Source of the DNA: a virus
Lineage: Duplodnaviria > Caudoviricetes
IMG/VR virus record: IMGVR_UViG_3300038674_000488
Location: 1 to 34,467 of that record
Length of the DNA stretch: 34,467 nucleotides
Direction: 5' to 3' (one strand)
Shown: piece by piece, positions 16,899-26,301 of the stretch
How the letters are laid out: each line of letters begins with the position of its first letter
Numbering within the stretch: the first letter of the stretch is position 1
Position numbers and translations under genes: made by a program
Notes under the pieces: generated by a model
What the model was told of the DNA's origin: nothing
Databases searched by the model: none
The model's input: the letters and a program-made list of their open reading frames with translations, nothing else

Positions 16899-17273
16899 AT
16901 GAAATTGACCTGTCAGAAAATATATGAGTATGCGCTGGCGCTGATGAACATGACGAAGGACGACGCGGATTATGAGGATTCGACGATCCTCGGGATGCTT
17001 GGGGTGATGGCAAACGAGGTTTTGGACGTGAGCAATTCCATTGCGCAAAGGGCGGGCAGGGATCCGGTTTTGTCCGTCCCGCCGTTTGGGCAGATGAGCG
17101 CGGATGTGCCGCTGGAGGATAAGATCTGCACGTCGGTTTTGCCCTATGGGCTTGCGGCAAAGCTGATGCTGGAGGACGACACGACCATGGCCAGCTATTT
17201 CAACGCCGAATACAGCCAGCGCGCGGCGCAGTATGCAAAGCCGTATTTGGCGGTGGTTGAGGATGTTTATTAG
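16899..17273 (+). CDS. Putative head-tail adaptor protein
   Basis: Follows the capsid gene; helical, with a VLPYGLAAKL motif. Confidence 0.6.
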   Translation: MKLTCQKIYEYALALMNMTKDDADYEDSTILGMLGVMANEVLDVSNSIAQRAGRDPVLSVPPFGQMSADVPLEDKICTSVLPYGLAAKLMLEDDTTMASYFNAEYSQRAAQYAKPYLAVVEDVY

Positions 17274-17276
17274 TGC

Positions 17277-17457
17277 GCTGCGCTTCCGGTCAAAGCAGGC
17301 TTTGACCGGGTTTACCCCTTTTCCGGCGCGCCGATGCCGACGCTTGGAAAAGGGAGCGGAAACAAAGCCTGTCGGCTTTGCATACCGCAGGGGCGTACAC
17401 GCCGCCCCTGCGGAAGCTTAAAACGCGCGGCGTGCATGCGAAAGCGACTGAAAGGAG
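17277..17457. repeat. Structured palindromic element, copy 4
   Basis: Near-identical to the left half of copy 1; ends CGACTGAAAGGAG(C). Confidence 0.85.
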
Positions 17458-17462
17458 CAAGG

Positions 17463-18467
17463 ATGAGTTCCATTTACGATGTTGATGACAAAAAAGCCGC
17501 AGTCGGAATGGGGGCGATGCGCGCGCCCGGCGGGGCGCCCGGCAACACTTCCGGAAAACCGGCGACACAGGGCGGCACGCCCGGTGGGACGACTTCTAAT
17601 AATGGTAACCCGAGCGGCTATGTCCCTGTAGCGGATTTGAACCGGCCCACAAACGGTTCCGGCGTTCTGCCTGCATCCAGCGGTGGCACGGCGCAAACGA
17701 ATCAAACGACGACCTCCCATCGCGTTCCGGTGCCGGAGCATTTGCAGGGCGGCAAGGTAGGCACGACGTGGGGGTATGAGGACGTGGCACGCGACCGGGA
17801 AGAACAGGGCGCGTTTGAACAGACGAGCACGGGCGGCGGCACGGCGTATCAGAACACCGGGGCGGGTTCCGGGTCTGGCGGGAACCCGCTGGCGTGGTGG
17901 AGCCAATGGAATCAGACGCGGCCTGCGGATATCTGGGGGCAGCATGACCAGCAGGGATCAGACGGGAACGTACTCAACGCGACCAATCAGGGGTATGTGG
18001 ACGCGATGAAGGAGGCGTACGACGCGCAGGCACAGGCCCGGGCGGCTGCGCTGGAACAGATGCTGCGGATGTACGACGGGCAAAACGCGCTGATCGGGCA
18101 GCAGTACGATCAGGCGGCGCGGGACGCATATGCCAATGCGCGCATTTCCGCAATCGGCAACAACGAAGCGTTGGCTGCGCAGGGGCTTGCGGGTGGGTTG
18201 TATCAAAGCCCTACCAGCGGCATGAGCGAAACCAGCCGCGTGGCGCAGGACAACGTGCTGCGGTCGAACCTTTTGTCTGTGCAGATTGCACGCCAGCAGG
18301 CGACCCAGCAGGTTGCGCAGGACATCAACGCACTGCGCGCGCAGGGGATGTACGACGCGGCGGATCTGGCGGCAAGCCAGGCCGAAGCGCTGATCAATTT
18401 GCAGATGCAGCTCAACGAACAGCAGTATCAGCGGGAAATTGACGCTTTCAACATGCAAAACGCATAG
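17463..18467 (+). CDS. Putative internal virion/ejection protein
   Basis: G/T/S-rich N-terminus and Q/A-rich coiled coil with LAAQGLAGG...GMSETSR. The ATG follows the repeat-borne SD. Confidence 0.65.
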   Translation: MSSIYDVDDKKAAVGMGAMRAPGGAPGNTSGKPATQGGTPGGTTSNNGNPSGYVPVADLNRPTNGSGVLPASSGGTAQTNQTTTSHRVPVPEHLQGGKVGTTWGYEDVARDREEQGAFEQTSTGGGTAYQNTGAGSGSGGNPLAWWSQWNQTRPADIWGQHDQQGSDGNVLNATNQGYVDAMKEAYDAQAQARAAALEQMLRMYDGQNALIGQQYDQAARDAYANARISAIGNNEALAAQGLAGGLYQSPTSGMSETSRVAQDNVLRSNLLSVQIARQQATQQVAQDINALRAQGMYDAADLAASQAEALINLQMQLNEQQYQREIDAFNMQNA

Positions 18468-18470
18468 CGC

Positions 18471-18519
18471 GCTGCGATTCCGGTCAAAGCAGGCTTTGAC
18501 CGGAATCGACTGAAAGGAG
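18471..18519. repeat. Structured palindromic element, copy 5 (minimal)
   Basis: CGATTCCGGTCAAAGC-AG-GCTTTGACCGGAATCG, a perfect 16-bp inverted repeat, then ACTGAAAGGAG(C). Confidence 0.85.
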
Positions 18520-18524
18520 CATTT

Positions 18525-21500
18525 ATGGGTTCCATTTATGATAACGAGGCCAGAAAAAACGACCGGGCGAAAAACCGTGCGCTTCAGCAGAAAAATACCA
18601 GCGCGGTGAAGAAGGCCGCAGTCGGAATGGGTGCGATGCGCGCGCCCGGCTCGGCGCCCGGCAACACCTCCGGCGTAGCGGCGACAAAGGGCGGCACGCC
18701 CGGCGGGACGACTTCAAACACGGCCAAAAACACGACTGCGCCCACTGCGCCGTCCCCGCAAAAGCCGCCCACTACGCCTAGTCCTGCGGCGTCTTCCGGG
18801 GCATCAAGCGCTGTGGAAACCGTTTTGGAGCAGGAACTGCCGCTTGAGGAACAGATCTCATCAGACGAGCCGCAGCAGGAGGAAGAACCGGCGTTTGTGC
18901 CGATTCAAAGCCGCAGCAGCGCGGTATCCGTTTTAAGCGGGGAAAAGCAGGGGGCAAAGCTGCTTTCGCCCAGGGAATTGCTTGAGAGCCGCAAAACGGG
19001 CGAAAATCCGGCGCTCGCGCTGGGGCGCAATATTGCGCAGGTCAAGGAAAATGACGCACAGGAAGCGGCGAAAAATGCCGCTGCGATGGAATCTGCCAGC
19101 GATACGGCCAGAGCCAATACGCAGCGCGCGGCGGATCGGGCGAAAAATGTCGCAGCAGATCGCCAGGTAACGGAAGTCATCGAGCAATATTTGAATTCGC
19201 CTGTTTCCGGCATGAGCAGCGCGCAGAAACGAAAGCTGTACCAGCAGCTTAACGGCGGCGCGTCTGCGGATGAAATTGCCGGAACGCTTGAGGATATGAG
19301 TCTGGACGCGATTGGTTCAGGCGATCTTGTGCTGTATGATACGCTTAAGACGAAGTCTGAACAGGTTAAGTCGGAAGCAACCTTAAAACAGCTGGGCGAA
19401 ACGGGAATTTTGCCTTATCCCAGCGCATGGAACACAATTCCGGGCGGCAGCCGTCCCTTGGCCGCTATGGAAACGATGAAGGACGCGCGGGCGCTTACCG
19501 GGTATTTGCTGGGTGAAAAGACGAACCGTGAAAATGCAATCCTGTATGATACGGCAACGGACGAACAGCTCGACGCGCTCAAAAAGGAAGCGCAGGGATT
19601 AAAAGATCTGGAAAGATATTACGAACTGGCAATTCCGGGAGAAACGCCCGGCGTTGCAGCCGGAAGCGTAGATCTTGACAAGGTTCGTTCGCGCTATGCG
19701 CAGGTGGCGGCGCAGATCAGCGGCATTGAAGACGCCAGAGAAGAACAGGCATGGCTGGCTTATCTTGACGACCCTGATTTTTCTGCCATAGCGAAAGACG
19801 CGCTTGCAAAATATCAGCTGGAACAGAGCCGTACGCTGGACGGACTGGAGCGTTCCAGGATGCCGCAGGACGAAAAGGCCATTTCGGTGCAGGGGGTCAT
19901 GGATCACAACCTGCTTGGATTTAACGGCCCGGTTGAGAATACGGAACTGGCGATCTATCTGGCGCTTCTTGAAACGGACGCGCAAAAGGCGCAGGCGTAT
20001 CATGATTTTATTGAAAAACGCGCCAATGCGCGCCGTGTGCAGCGGGAAACGCAGGAAACGTACCAATATGCCGCGCAGCATCCGATTACGGCGACGGCAT
20101 TGGGCGTTGCGAGTGCTCCTGCACGCGTGCTTGGCGCGGCATATATGCTGGGTTCAAAGGTTGCCGGCAAGGACGCAGACCCGAATTCTGTATGGTTTAC
20201 GCCAAACGTGGTAAAAGGCGCGTCGCATGCCGGCGCAAAGGAAGGGCTGTTTGGCGGAATTGAAAACGATTTTGCCAAACAAGCGGGCGAATTCCTTTAC
20301 GATACGGGCGTCAGCATCGCCGACAGCGCCCTTTCCGGCGGATTTGGCAAGGCAGGCGGCCCGCTTCTTGGCGTTGGCGCTGGTACCGACACGTTCCGGG
20401 AAGCGCTTGAATCCGGGGCGACGCAGGATCAGGCGTATGTGATGGCGGCTGCATCCGCCGCATTTGAATCGCTTTTTGAATCGCTGGATCTGGAAAGGCT
20501 TGCCAATATCAATACCAGCGAAGCGTCGACACTGCTTCGGTCGACGATCTTAAACGGATTGAACGAGATTCCGGGTGAGATCGCTACCGACCTTGCCAAT
20601 ACGATGGTCGATCAGCTGGTTCGCGGGGACGAGGGCTCGTATCGCAGCGCCTATATGGATTATCTTGCGCAGGGATTCACGCCCGAGCAGGCCCAGGCGC
20701 GTGCGCGCAAGGATTATGCGAAGCAGCTGGGTATGACTGCGGGCGCGGCGTTTTTGTCCGGCGCAACGATGGGCGCAGGCGCGTATTGGACAAACCCAAA
20801 CCATGGGGAAATGCAATATAACACGCCGATGCTGGATAACGCGTACGATCAGACGCAGCGCGCAGGTGGCGTGACGCCGATGCTGGATCGGGCGCTGGAT
20901 TTGACAAAGCAGGAGGGGAAAACGCCGGCGTATACGCCGGACGCTGCGCCGGCTGCACAGGATCGGATTGCATCGGACGCGGAGGCGTTTTTGCAGGCGC
21001 TTGAGCCGGCAAAGCCGCAGGCGCAGACAGATCCAATGGTGGATATCCTGCTGGATCCGCAGAAATATCTTGGCGGGCAGGAGCAGACAAATGAAAGCAC
21101 CGTCGTAAATACAAATCCGGAAAACCATACGCCGGTGCAGCAGGCGGTCATTGACGCGTATCGCAGCAGCGTGGATGACGGTCTGGTTCAGTATGTTCTG
21201 GATGTGATGAACGATCAGGTCAGCTATCGGGAAAAGTATAATCTGAATCCGATGTCTGACCGCGCATCTGCGGATATTAAAGCATTGACAGGGGTTGACA
21301 CAACCGGATTCCAGACGGCGATTGAACGGAAAACCATTGAGCATATTTTGAAACGACATGGGGAAAAGGGGATACAAGACCGATCCATGCGGGATATTCA
21401 CGATATCGCCCGAATCCAGTATGTTTTGGATAATTATGACAGCATGAAGGAAGGAGGTCCTGCAGAGGGTTATACAACAATAAAACCGAATGGACGTCCA

Positions 21501-24500
21501 AAACGTGCCCAATCGGTTGTATATGAAAAAGCGGTTAACGGAACCTATTATGTTGTTGAAGCTGTGCCGGATACCAAAAGTAAAACGGCATATATCGTCA
21601 GCGCGTATATGAGCAAAAATCCAAATGAAAAGGCCGGAGCCTTCCGTCTCGCAGATGCAGCCAAACGGCCCCCCTACGTAACGTCCGAAACCGGGTACGC
21701 AGCCACTCCGGCCCATGACGAAAACGCCCATCAGCTTCTTTTGCATGGGCAGTCATTGCCTCAGTCGATGGCTGATGATATTTCCGTCAACAACAGATTA
21801 GCATCTGCCGAACCTGCTGTCAATACCAATATGCTCAAAACCGGGGGAAATGATGCGCAGAACCGGCCGTTTACGGCTGGGGATATTTCCGTGCAGAACA
21901 CGGCGGCAAGCTGGCAGAGCGCGGATTTGGAGGGCAGGGCGAAAACGCCGGAGCAGTTCCGTCAGCGGATTCACGAGCAGCCCTATCAGCAGACGATCGA
22001 TGCGGTAAAGGCGGCAAAGGAAAAAGCGCGGGATGCGCGCATTTCCGCGCAGAAAATCAAATCTGTGCTGGGGCTTGACAATGCCGGGCGGGAATTGTTT
22101 GACCTGCTGGTGAAAAACCCGGGGGATCAGAAAAGCGCGGCTCTGGCCGTGTCCCAGTACGGCGGGCGGTTCATGACGGCGGTTCAGATGCAGATCGACG
22201 CCCGGACGGCAAAGCAGCAGGCGGACGCGTACGCCCGGGCGATTGCTTCCGCTCGTCTGGAAAAGGCGAAGGAGCTGACCTCCGGGCTGCGCTTTGCGCC
22301 GGCAAGCGCGATGAAAAGCGCGGGGAACTGGTTTCGCAACAGCGACGAGGTGTTTTTGCGCACGTTTGGCAACACGCAAAGAACCCGGGATTTCCACCGG
22401 GCGACGGTCGGCATGGTGGACGCGAACGAGGCGCTGCGGGTGACGGATTTGAACCAAACGCTTTCACAGTTTGAATCGATGCGGTTAAACGCTGCGGAAT
22501 CGGCGCTGGAACAGCTGATTTCAGATACGGGCCTGCGGCAGGATCACCAAACGCTTATGACGGCTGCGGACTTGCAGCGGATTGCAGGGGCGGATCTGAC
22601 GGCGCAGGATACGCGCAGGCTTGCCGAGATTGCAAGGCGGATGCAGCGCGAAACGGCCCGCGCGATGAAGGCCATCCAAAAGGCCGGCATGGACGCGCGC
22701 AGCGCGATGCAGGAAACGGATGCGGCAAAACTGCCGCCGCAGGTTGGCGCGGCGGTGCGGGCGTACGAAACGGCCATGGAACCGCTTTACGCGCAGGCGC
22801 GGCAGGTGACGGACAATGAACGGGTGCAGGATATCGTAGCGCTTTGCGGGGCCGGATGGATCAACCCGCAGGCGGTTGAGACGCTGCATGATTTTTCTGT
22901 GGACAAGATTTTAAATGCAAAGGAAAAGCTGGACGCGTATTACGAAAAGACCTGGCAGGACGCGTCGGACGTGTATGTGCTTGGCGGGTATGACCCCATC
23001 GGGCATATTGCCGGATACCGGCCGCATACGCTGGGGCGGCAGCTGCAGCAGAAAAGCGGGATTTTGGGGCAGGCGCAGGCGCTTTTTGGGCGGCTGACGG
23101 ATTCGGCGCTGCCCCTTGAGATTGCCGGGCGCACGGAGGATTTCAAGCCCGGCAGACGGTATATGCCCAATTTCCAGAACAGCCGCACGGGGTTTGAGGG
23201 GTATCTTGATTCCATGGCGGGGCTGGCCCAGTATGCGCCGGCGGCGTCGCATGTGGTGTACCATACGGGGGATATCCAGATGCTGCGCGCGCTTGGCGCA
23301 AATATCCGGCTTGAAAACGCGTCGGACACGGTGCGCGGCGATTATCTGCGCATATTGCAAAACAACGAACTGTCGGACACGGAAAAACAGGCGGCGGCCG
23401 CTTCCCTGCCGTGGGGCCAGTCGGGCGCAGCCGCGCCGTTTGTGACGTGGCTGGACGAGTACACCAATATCGTTGCGGGGAAAACCAGCACGATTGACCG
23501 CGTGGCGGAAAAGGCCGTGGGCCGCGCAACGCTGGATTTCATGGCGGGAATCAAGCGGATGACGGGCGCGGCGATGGTAAAATACAATATCGGCAGCGCG
23601 GTGAGCAACCTTGCGCCGCTTTTCCAGGCGGGGGACCTTGGGAGCGTATCGATGACAAAAGGGCTGGTACAGTCCACCCTGGATGCGTTGTCGGGCAATT
23701 TGTCGTTTTATGACCAGTTTGATTTTGTCAAAAACCGGCTGACGCAGACGCAGGCAGACCTTGGCTATGACCGTGGAGTCAAAGCGGCGGCGCAAAAGGC
23801 GGGAAATTTTGACCTGATGGGGCTGGTGGACGCGCCGGTGACGCGGGCGCTGGCAAGGGCGTATTACAATCAGGCCATCCGGGACGGATACAGCGAAAGC
23901 GAGGCGGTTCTGCACACGAACGAACGGCTCAATTCCGTCATGGGCGGCCGGTCGCTTGGGCAAAACCCGCTGATCTTTGAAAGCAAAACGCTTGGGCCGC
24001 TGACGCAGTACAAGCGCGAAAGCTACCGGGATCTGTGGATGCGCCAGCGGGACATGGTGGACGCGATCCGGGCGGACACGCACTTGACAGACGCGCAGAA
24101 GCGGGCGCGTATTGTATCGTCCATGGCGCGCTTTACGGTCGGTACGGCTGTTTTCGGGGAGGCGACGGGCAGCGCGCTGGGGTATGTGGTGGCGTTTTCG
24201 CCGATTCACGTCATTGCCGAAATGTTAAAGGCCGCCGGGATGCTGGAAGACGACAATGACGAGGACAAGTTGGGTCAGGAACTGATGCAGATCTGGGACG
24301 ATGTGAAGGCGAGGCTTTCCGGGCAGGAGGCGCAGCGGACGGTTGCGCAGGCGCTGGGGGACTTTTTCAACATCCGGATCGGCGACGGGCTGGCGGCGCA
24401 GGAATATGAAGGGCTTTCCGATGTGGCAAAAGCGCTGCTGGCGCCGCTGTGGGAGGAAGTGCCGATGGTGGGTTCCCGGCAGGGACAGGGGTCTATGCCG

Positions 24501-26261
24501 GTGATCAATCAGGGCATTGCGCTTGTGGGAAGCGCTGCGCAGGCGTGGGATATCCTTTTTAGCGATATGGACGCGCAGGACAAGGCGACAGCGCTTGCAC
24601 AGGGTATCGGCAAGCAGACGGCGCGCACCTTTGTGCCCGGCGGCAATCAGCTGCAAAAGACGGCGCTTGGCGCGGCGGATCTGCTCAAGGGCTACCATGA
24701 AGGGTATAATGCCAAAGACGGCGCGCTTCAGGCGCAGTATGCGCTTTCGCAGGATCCGACGGACATTGTACAGACGCTTTTGTTTGGCCCCAGCGCCAAT
24801 GCCGGCGCAAGGGCGTATTATGAAAGCGGCAGCTGGCCGTTGCGGGATGCACAGCAAACGCGATTGGATCAGCTTGTTTCGGGCGGCGCCACTTATCAGG
24901 AAGCGTTTTCGCAGATTCGGGAGCATGAAAATCTTTTAAAAGATCTGGGGTTGTCATTAAGCTCGGATACGGAAAGTATGCAGCCGCTTCTGGAAGCAGT
25001 AAAGCAGGGCAGGATGGACGTTCAGACGGCCAAACAGGCTGTTTTGTCAGGACGGGAAGCGACAGGAATTCAGGATACGGACGGCAAAACGGTTTCGGGC
25101 TCTGTGCGGAATGAAGCGCTGACGGACTATCTTAAGCTTGGGTTGGATTATGACCAAATGCGCTTGATGTTTGTCGCCGAAGGATGGTCAACGGGGTTGA
25201 TCGACCAAATGGAACGTGCGCAGAAATCCGGAATTGCACCTGAAACCTACATGAAGGTATTCCTAAATGGCGAAGATGCGATATCGGAGTACCATCTGGA
25301 TGGATTGATTGAAAGCGTGGAAGCGGGATGGGATGCCGATGCGTTTGTTCGAGCGGTGAAGATTGAGGCGGGCACGCAGGGCGTAAAAGACGCAGACGGC
25401 AGGACGATATCCGGCAGCAAGAAGTATAACATCGTCAAAGGACTTGAGAATGCCGGGTATACGGACGAGCAGATAGCATGGTTTTTGACTGTGCGGTCTG
25501 ACACGGACGGGGAGCCGATGTATAGGAACATGGACTTGACGTATGGATCGGACGGCGGTACGACGGGGGACGGTTCGATCAGCGCACCCATCGACCATTC
25601 GAAAGATTCACGCAATACGGGCGATGCGTATTTTACGGTTTCCGGCGGCAGCGGCGCTTATAACGAAAAGCGTGCTACTGCACAGGAAAGCTATAGCAGA
25701 AACATGAAAATTACGCCGGAGAGCGCAGGAACATTGTTTGATGCGCTGTATCAGATTAAGGGGGAAAACAGGATTGATCGGAGAATGGCGCATCTGAAAT
25801 CAGCAGGCGTGAGCGAAAGCGGAATTGCGTGGATATGGACGGCTCCGACGCAAGAGGGAGGTTTTGGGTACAAGAGCGATTATAGAAAGTATTATTATGA
25901 CGGATACGGTGCATCGACCGGCGCAAACGGGCGCAGTTCCGGCGGGTATTCCGGCGGGGCTTCCCGGTCGTCCAGCTCCGGCAGGGCGAAAAACCCGGCG
26001 GCGGCGCAGGCGTTCATGAAAAGGTGGGGGCTTACGGGAAACCCGTGGGGCGGCAGCGCCGTTTTGGGGCAGAGCGATTACGCGTCCCGGCTGGGCATGA
26101 CCCAAAGCGCGGCGAAGCGGCTGGACGGCATGATTCCGCTTTTGGCGGCGATGGATCGGGCGGCGCAGGAAAGCTTTCTGCGTGCGATGGGCGTGAGCGA
26201 AAGCGGCATTGCGTGGCTGACAGGCACGCCGGTTGCGCAGGGCGGTCTCAGGCAGGCATAA
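18525..26261 (+). CDS. Large polyvalent internal virion/ejection protein (2578 aa) with a PBECR-like nuclease domain
   Basis: Last gene of the podophage structural operon; Ala/Gln-rich and helical. Region ~21250-21620 has IEHILKRHG...DIARIQYVLDNYD...YEKAVNGTYYVVEAVPD...AYIVSAY, resembling PBECR3. Confidence 0.8.
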   Translation: MGSIYDNEARKNDRAKNRALQQKNTSAVKKAAVGMGAMRAPGSAPGNTSGVAATKGGTPGGTTSNTAKNTTAPTAPSPQKPPTTPSPAASSGASSAVETVLEQELPLEEQISSDEPQQEEEPAFVPIQSRSSAVSVLSGEKQGAKLLSPRELLESRKTGENPALALGRNIAQVKENDAQEAAKNAAAMESASDTARANTQRAADRAKNVAADRQVTEVIEQYLNSPVSGMSSAQKRKLYQQLNGGASADEIAGTLEDMSLDAIGSGDLVLYDTLKTKSEQVKSEATLKQLGETGILPYPSAWNTIPGGSRPLAAMETMKDARALTGYLLGEKTNRENAILYDTATDEQLDALKKEAQGLKDLERYYELAIPGETPGVAAGSVDLDKVRSRYAQVAAQISGIEDAREEQAWLAYLDDPDFSAIAKDALAKYQLEQSRTLDGLERSRMPQDEKAISVQGVMDHNLLGFNGPVENTELAIYLALLETDAQKAQAYHDFIEKRANARRVQRETQETYQYAAQHPITATALGVASAPARVLGAAYMLGSKVAGKDADPNSVWFTPNVVKGASHAGAKEGLFGGIENDFAKQAGEFLYDTGVSIADSALSGGFGKAGGPLLGVGAGTDTFREALESGATQDQAYVMAAASAAFESLFESLDLERLANINTSEASTLLRSTILNGLNEIPGEIATDLANTMVDQLVRGDEGSYRSAYMDYLAQGFTPEQAQARARKDYAKQLGMTAGAAFLSGATMGAGAYWTNPNHGEMQYNTPMLDNAYDQTQRAGGVTPMLDRALDLTKQEGKTPAYTPDAAPAAQDRIASDAEAFLQALEPAKPQAQTDPMVDILLDPQKYLGGQEQTNESTVVNTNPENHTPVQQAVIDAYRSSVDDGLVQYVLDVMNDQVSYREKYNLNPMSDRASADIKALTGVDTTGFQTAIERKTIEHILKRHGEKGIQDRSMRDIHDIARIQYVLDNYDSMKEGGPAEGYTTIKPNGRPKRAQSVVYEKAVNGTYYVVEAVPDTKSKTAYIVSAYMSKNPNEKAGAFRLADAAKRPPYVTSETGYAATPAHDENAHQLLLHGQSLPQSMADDISVNNRLASAEPAVNTNMLKTGGNDAQNRPFTAGDISVQNTAASWQSADLEGRAKTPEQFRQRIHEQPYQQTIDAVKAAKEKARDARISAQKIKSVLGLDNAGRELFDLLVKNPGDQKSAALAVSQYGGRFMTAVQMQIDARTAKQQADAYARAIASARLEKAKELTSGLRFAPASAMKSAGNWFRNSDEVFLRTFGNTQRTRDFHRATVGMVDANEALRVTDLNQTLSQFESMRLNAAESALEQLISDTGLRQDHQTLMTAADLQRIAGADLTAQDTRRLAEIARRMQRETARAMKAIQKAGMDARSAMQETDAAKLPPQVGAAVRAYETAMEPLYAQARQVTDNERVQDIVALCGAGWINPQAVETLHDFSVDKILNAKEKLDAYYEKTWQDASDVYVLGGYDPIGHIAGYRPHTLGRQLQQKSGILGQAQALFGRLTDSALPLEIAGRTEDFKPGRRYMPNFQNSRTGFEGYLDSMAGLAQYAPAASHVVYHTGDIQMLRALGANIRLENASDTVRGDYLRILQNNELSDTEKQAAAASLPWGQSGAAAPFVTWLDEYTNIVAGKTSTIDRVAEKAVGRATLDFMAGIKRMTGAAMVKYNIGSAVSNLAPLFQAGDLGSVSMTKGLVQSTLDALSGNLSFYDQFDFVKNRLTQTQADLGYDRGVKAAAQKAGNFDLMGLVDAPVTRALARAYYNQAIRDGYSESEAVLHTNERLNSVMGGRSLGQNPLIFESKTLGPLTQYKRESYRDLWMRQRDMVDAIRADTHLTDAQKRARIVSSMARFTVGTAVFGEATGSALGYVVAFSPIHVIAEMLKAAGMLEDDNDEDKLGQELMQIWDDVKARLSGQEAQRTVAQALGDFFNIRIGDGLAAQEYEGLSDVAKALLAPLWEEVPMVGSRQGQGSMPVINQGIALVGSAAQAWDILFSDMDAQDKATALAQGIGKQTARTFVPGGNQLQKTALGAADLLKGYHEGYNAKDGALQAQYALSQDPTDIVQTLLFGPSANAGARAYYESGSWPLRDAQQTRLDQLVSGGATYQEAFSQIREHENLLKDLGLSLSSDTESMQPLLEAVKQGRMDVQTAKQAVLSGREATGIQDTDGKTVSGSVRNEALTDYLKLGLDYDQMRLMFVAEGWSTGLIDQMERAQKSGIAPETYMKVFLNGEDAISEYHLDGLIESVEAGWDADAFVRAVKIEAGTQGVKDADGRTISGSKKYNIVKGLENAGYTDEQIAWFLTVRSDTDGEPMYRNMDLTYGSDGGTTGDGSISAPIDHSKDSRNTGDAYFTVSGGSGAYNEKRATAQESYSRNMKITPESAGTLFDALYQIKGENRIDRRMAHLKSAGVSESGIAWIWTAPTQEGGFGYKSDYRKYYYDGYGASTGANGRSSGGYSGGASRSSSSGRAKNPAAAQAFMKRWGLTGNPWGGSAVLGQSDYASRLGMTQSAAKRLDGMIPLLAAMDRAAQESFLRAMGVSESGIAWLTGTPVAQGGLRQA

Positions 26262-26297
26262 AAAAACAGGCTGTACCTTCTGGTATGGCCTGTTTTT
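26261..26297. terminator. Bidirectional intrinsic terminator between the convergent late and early operons
   Basis: AAAAAACAGGCTGTACC-TTCT-GGTATGGCCTGTTTTT. Confidence 0.85.
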
Positions 26298-26301
26298 CTG
26301 T

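Noticed and set aside
9290-18520. Dispersed palindromic repeats as a CRISPR array
   Set aside because: The copies are kilobases apart, differ in length, have no repeat-spacer periodicity, and no cas operon is present.
21651-21691. Hammerhead ribozyme (CAGATGC...GAAAC)
   Set aside because: The core is not CTGANGA, and stem II does not abut GAAA as required.
4222-26105. Numerous long antisense ORFs (e.g. 9326-10855, 6761-8095, 22911-24209)
   Set aside because: Shadow frames of GC-rich genes on the opposite strand; Arg/Pro-rich with no motifs.
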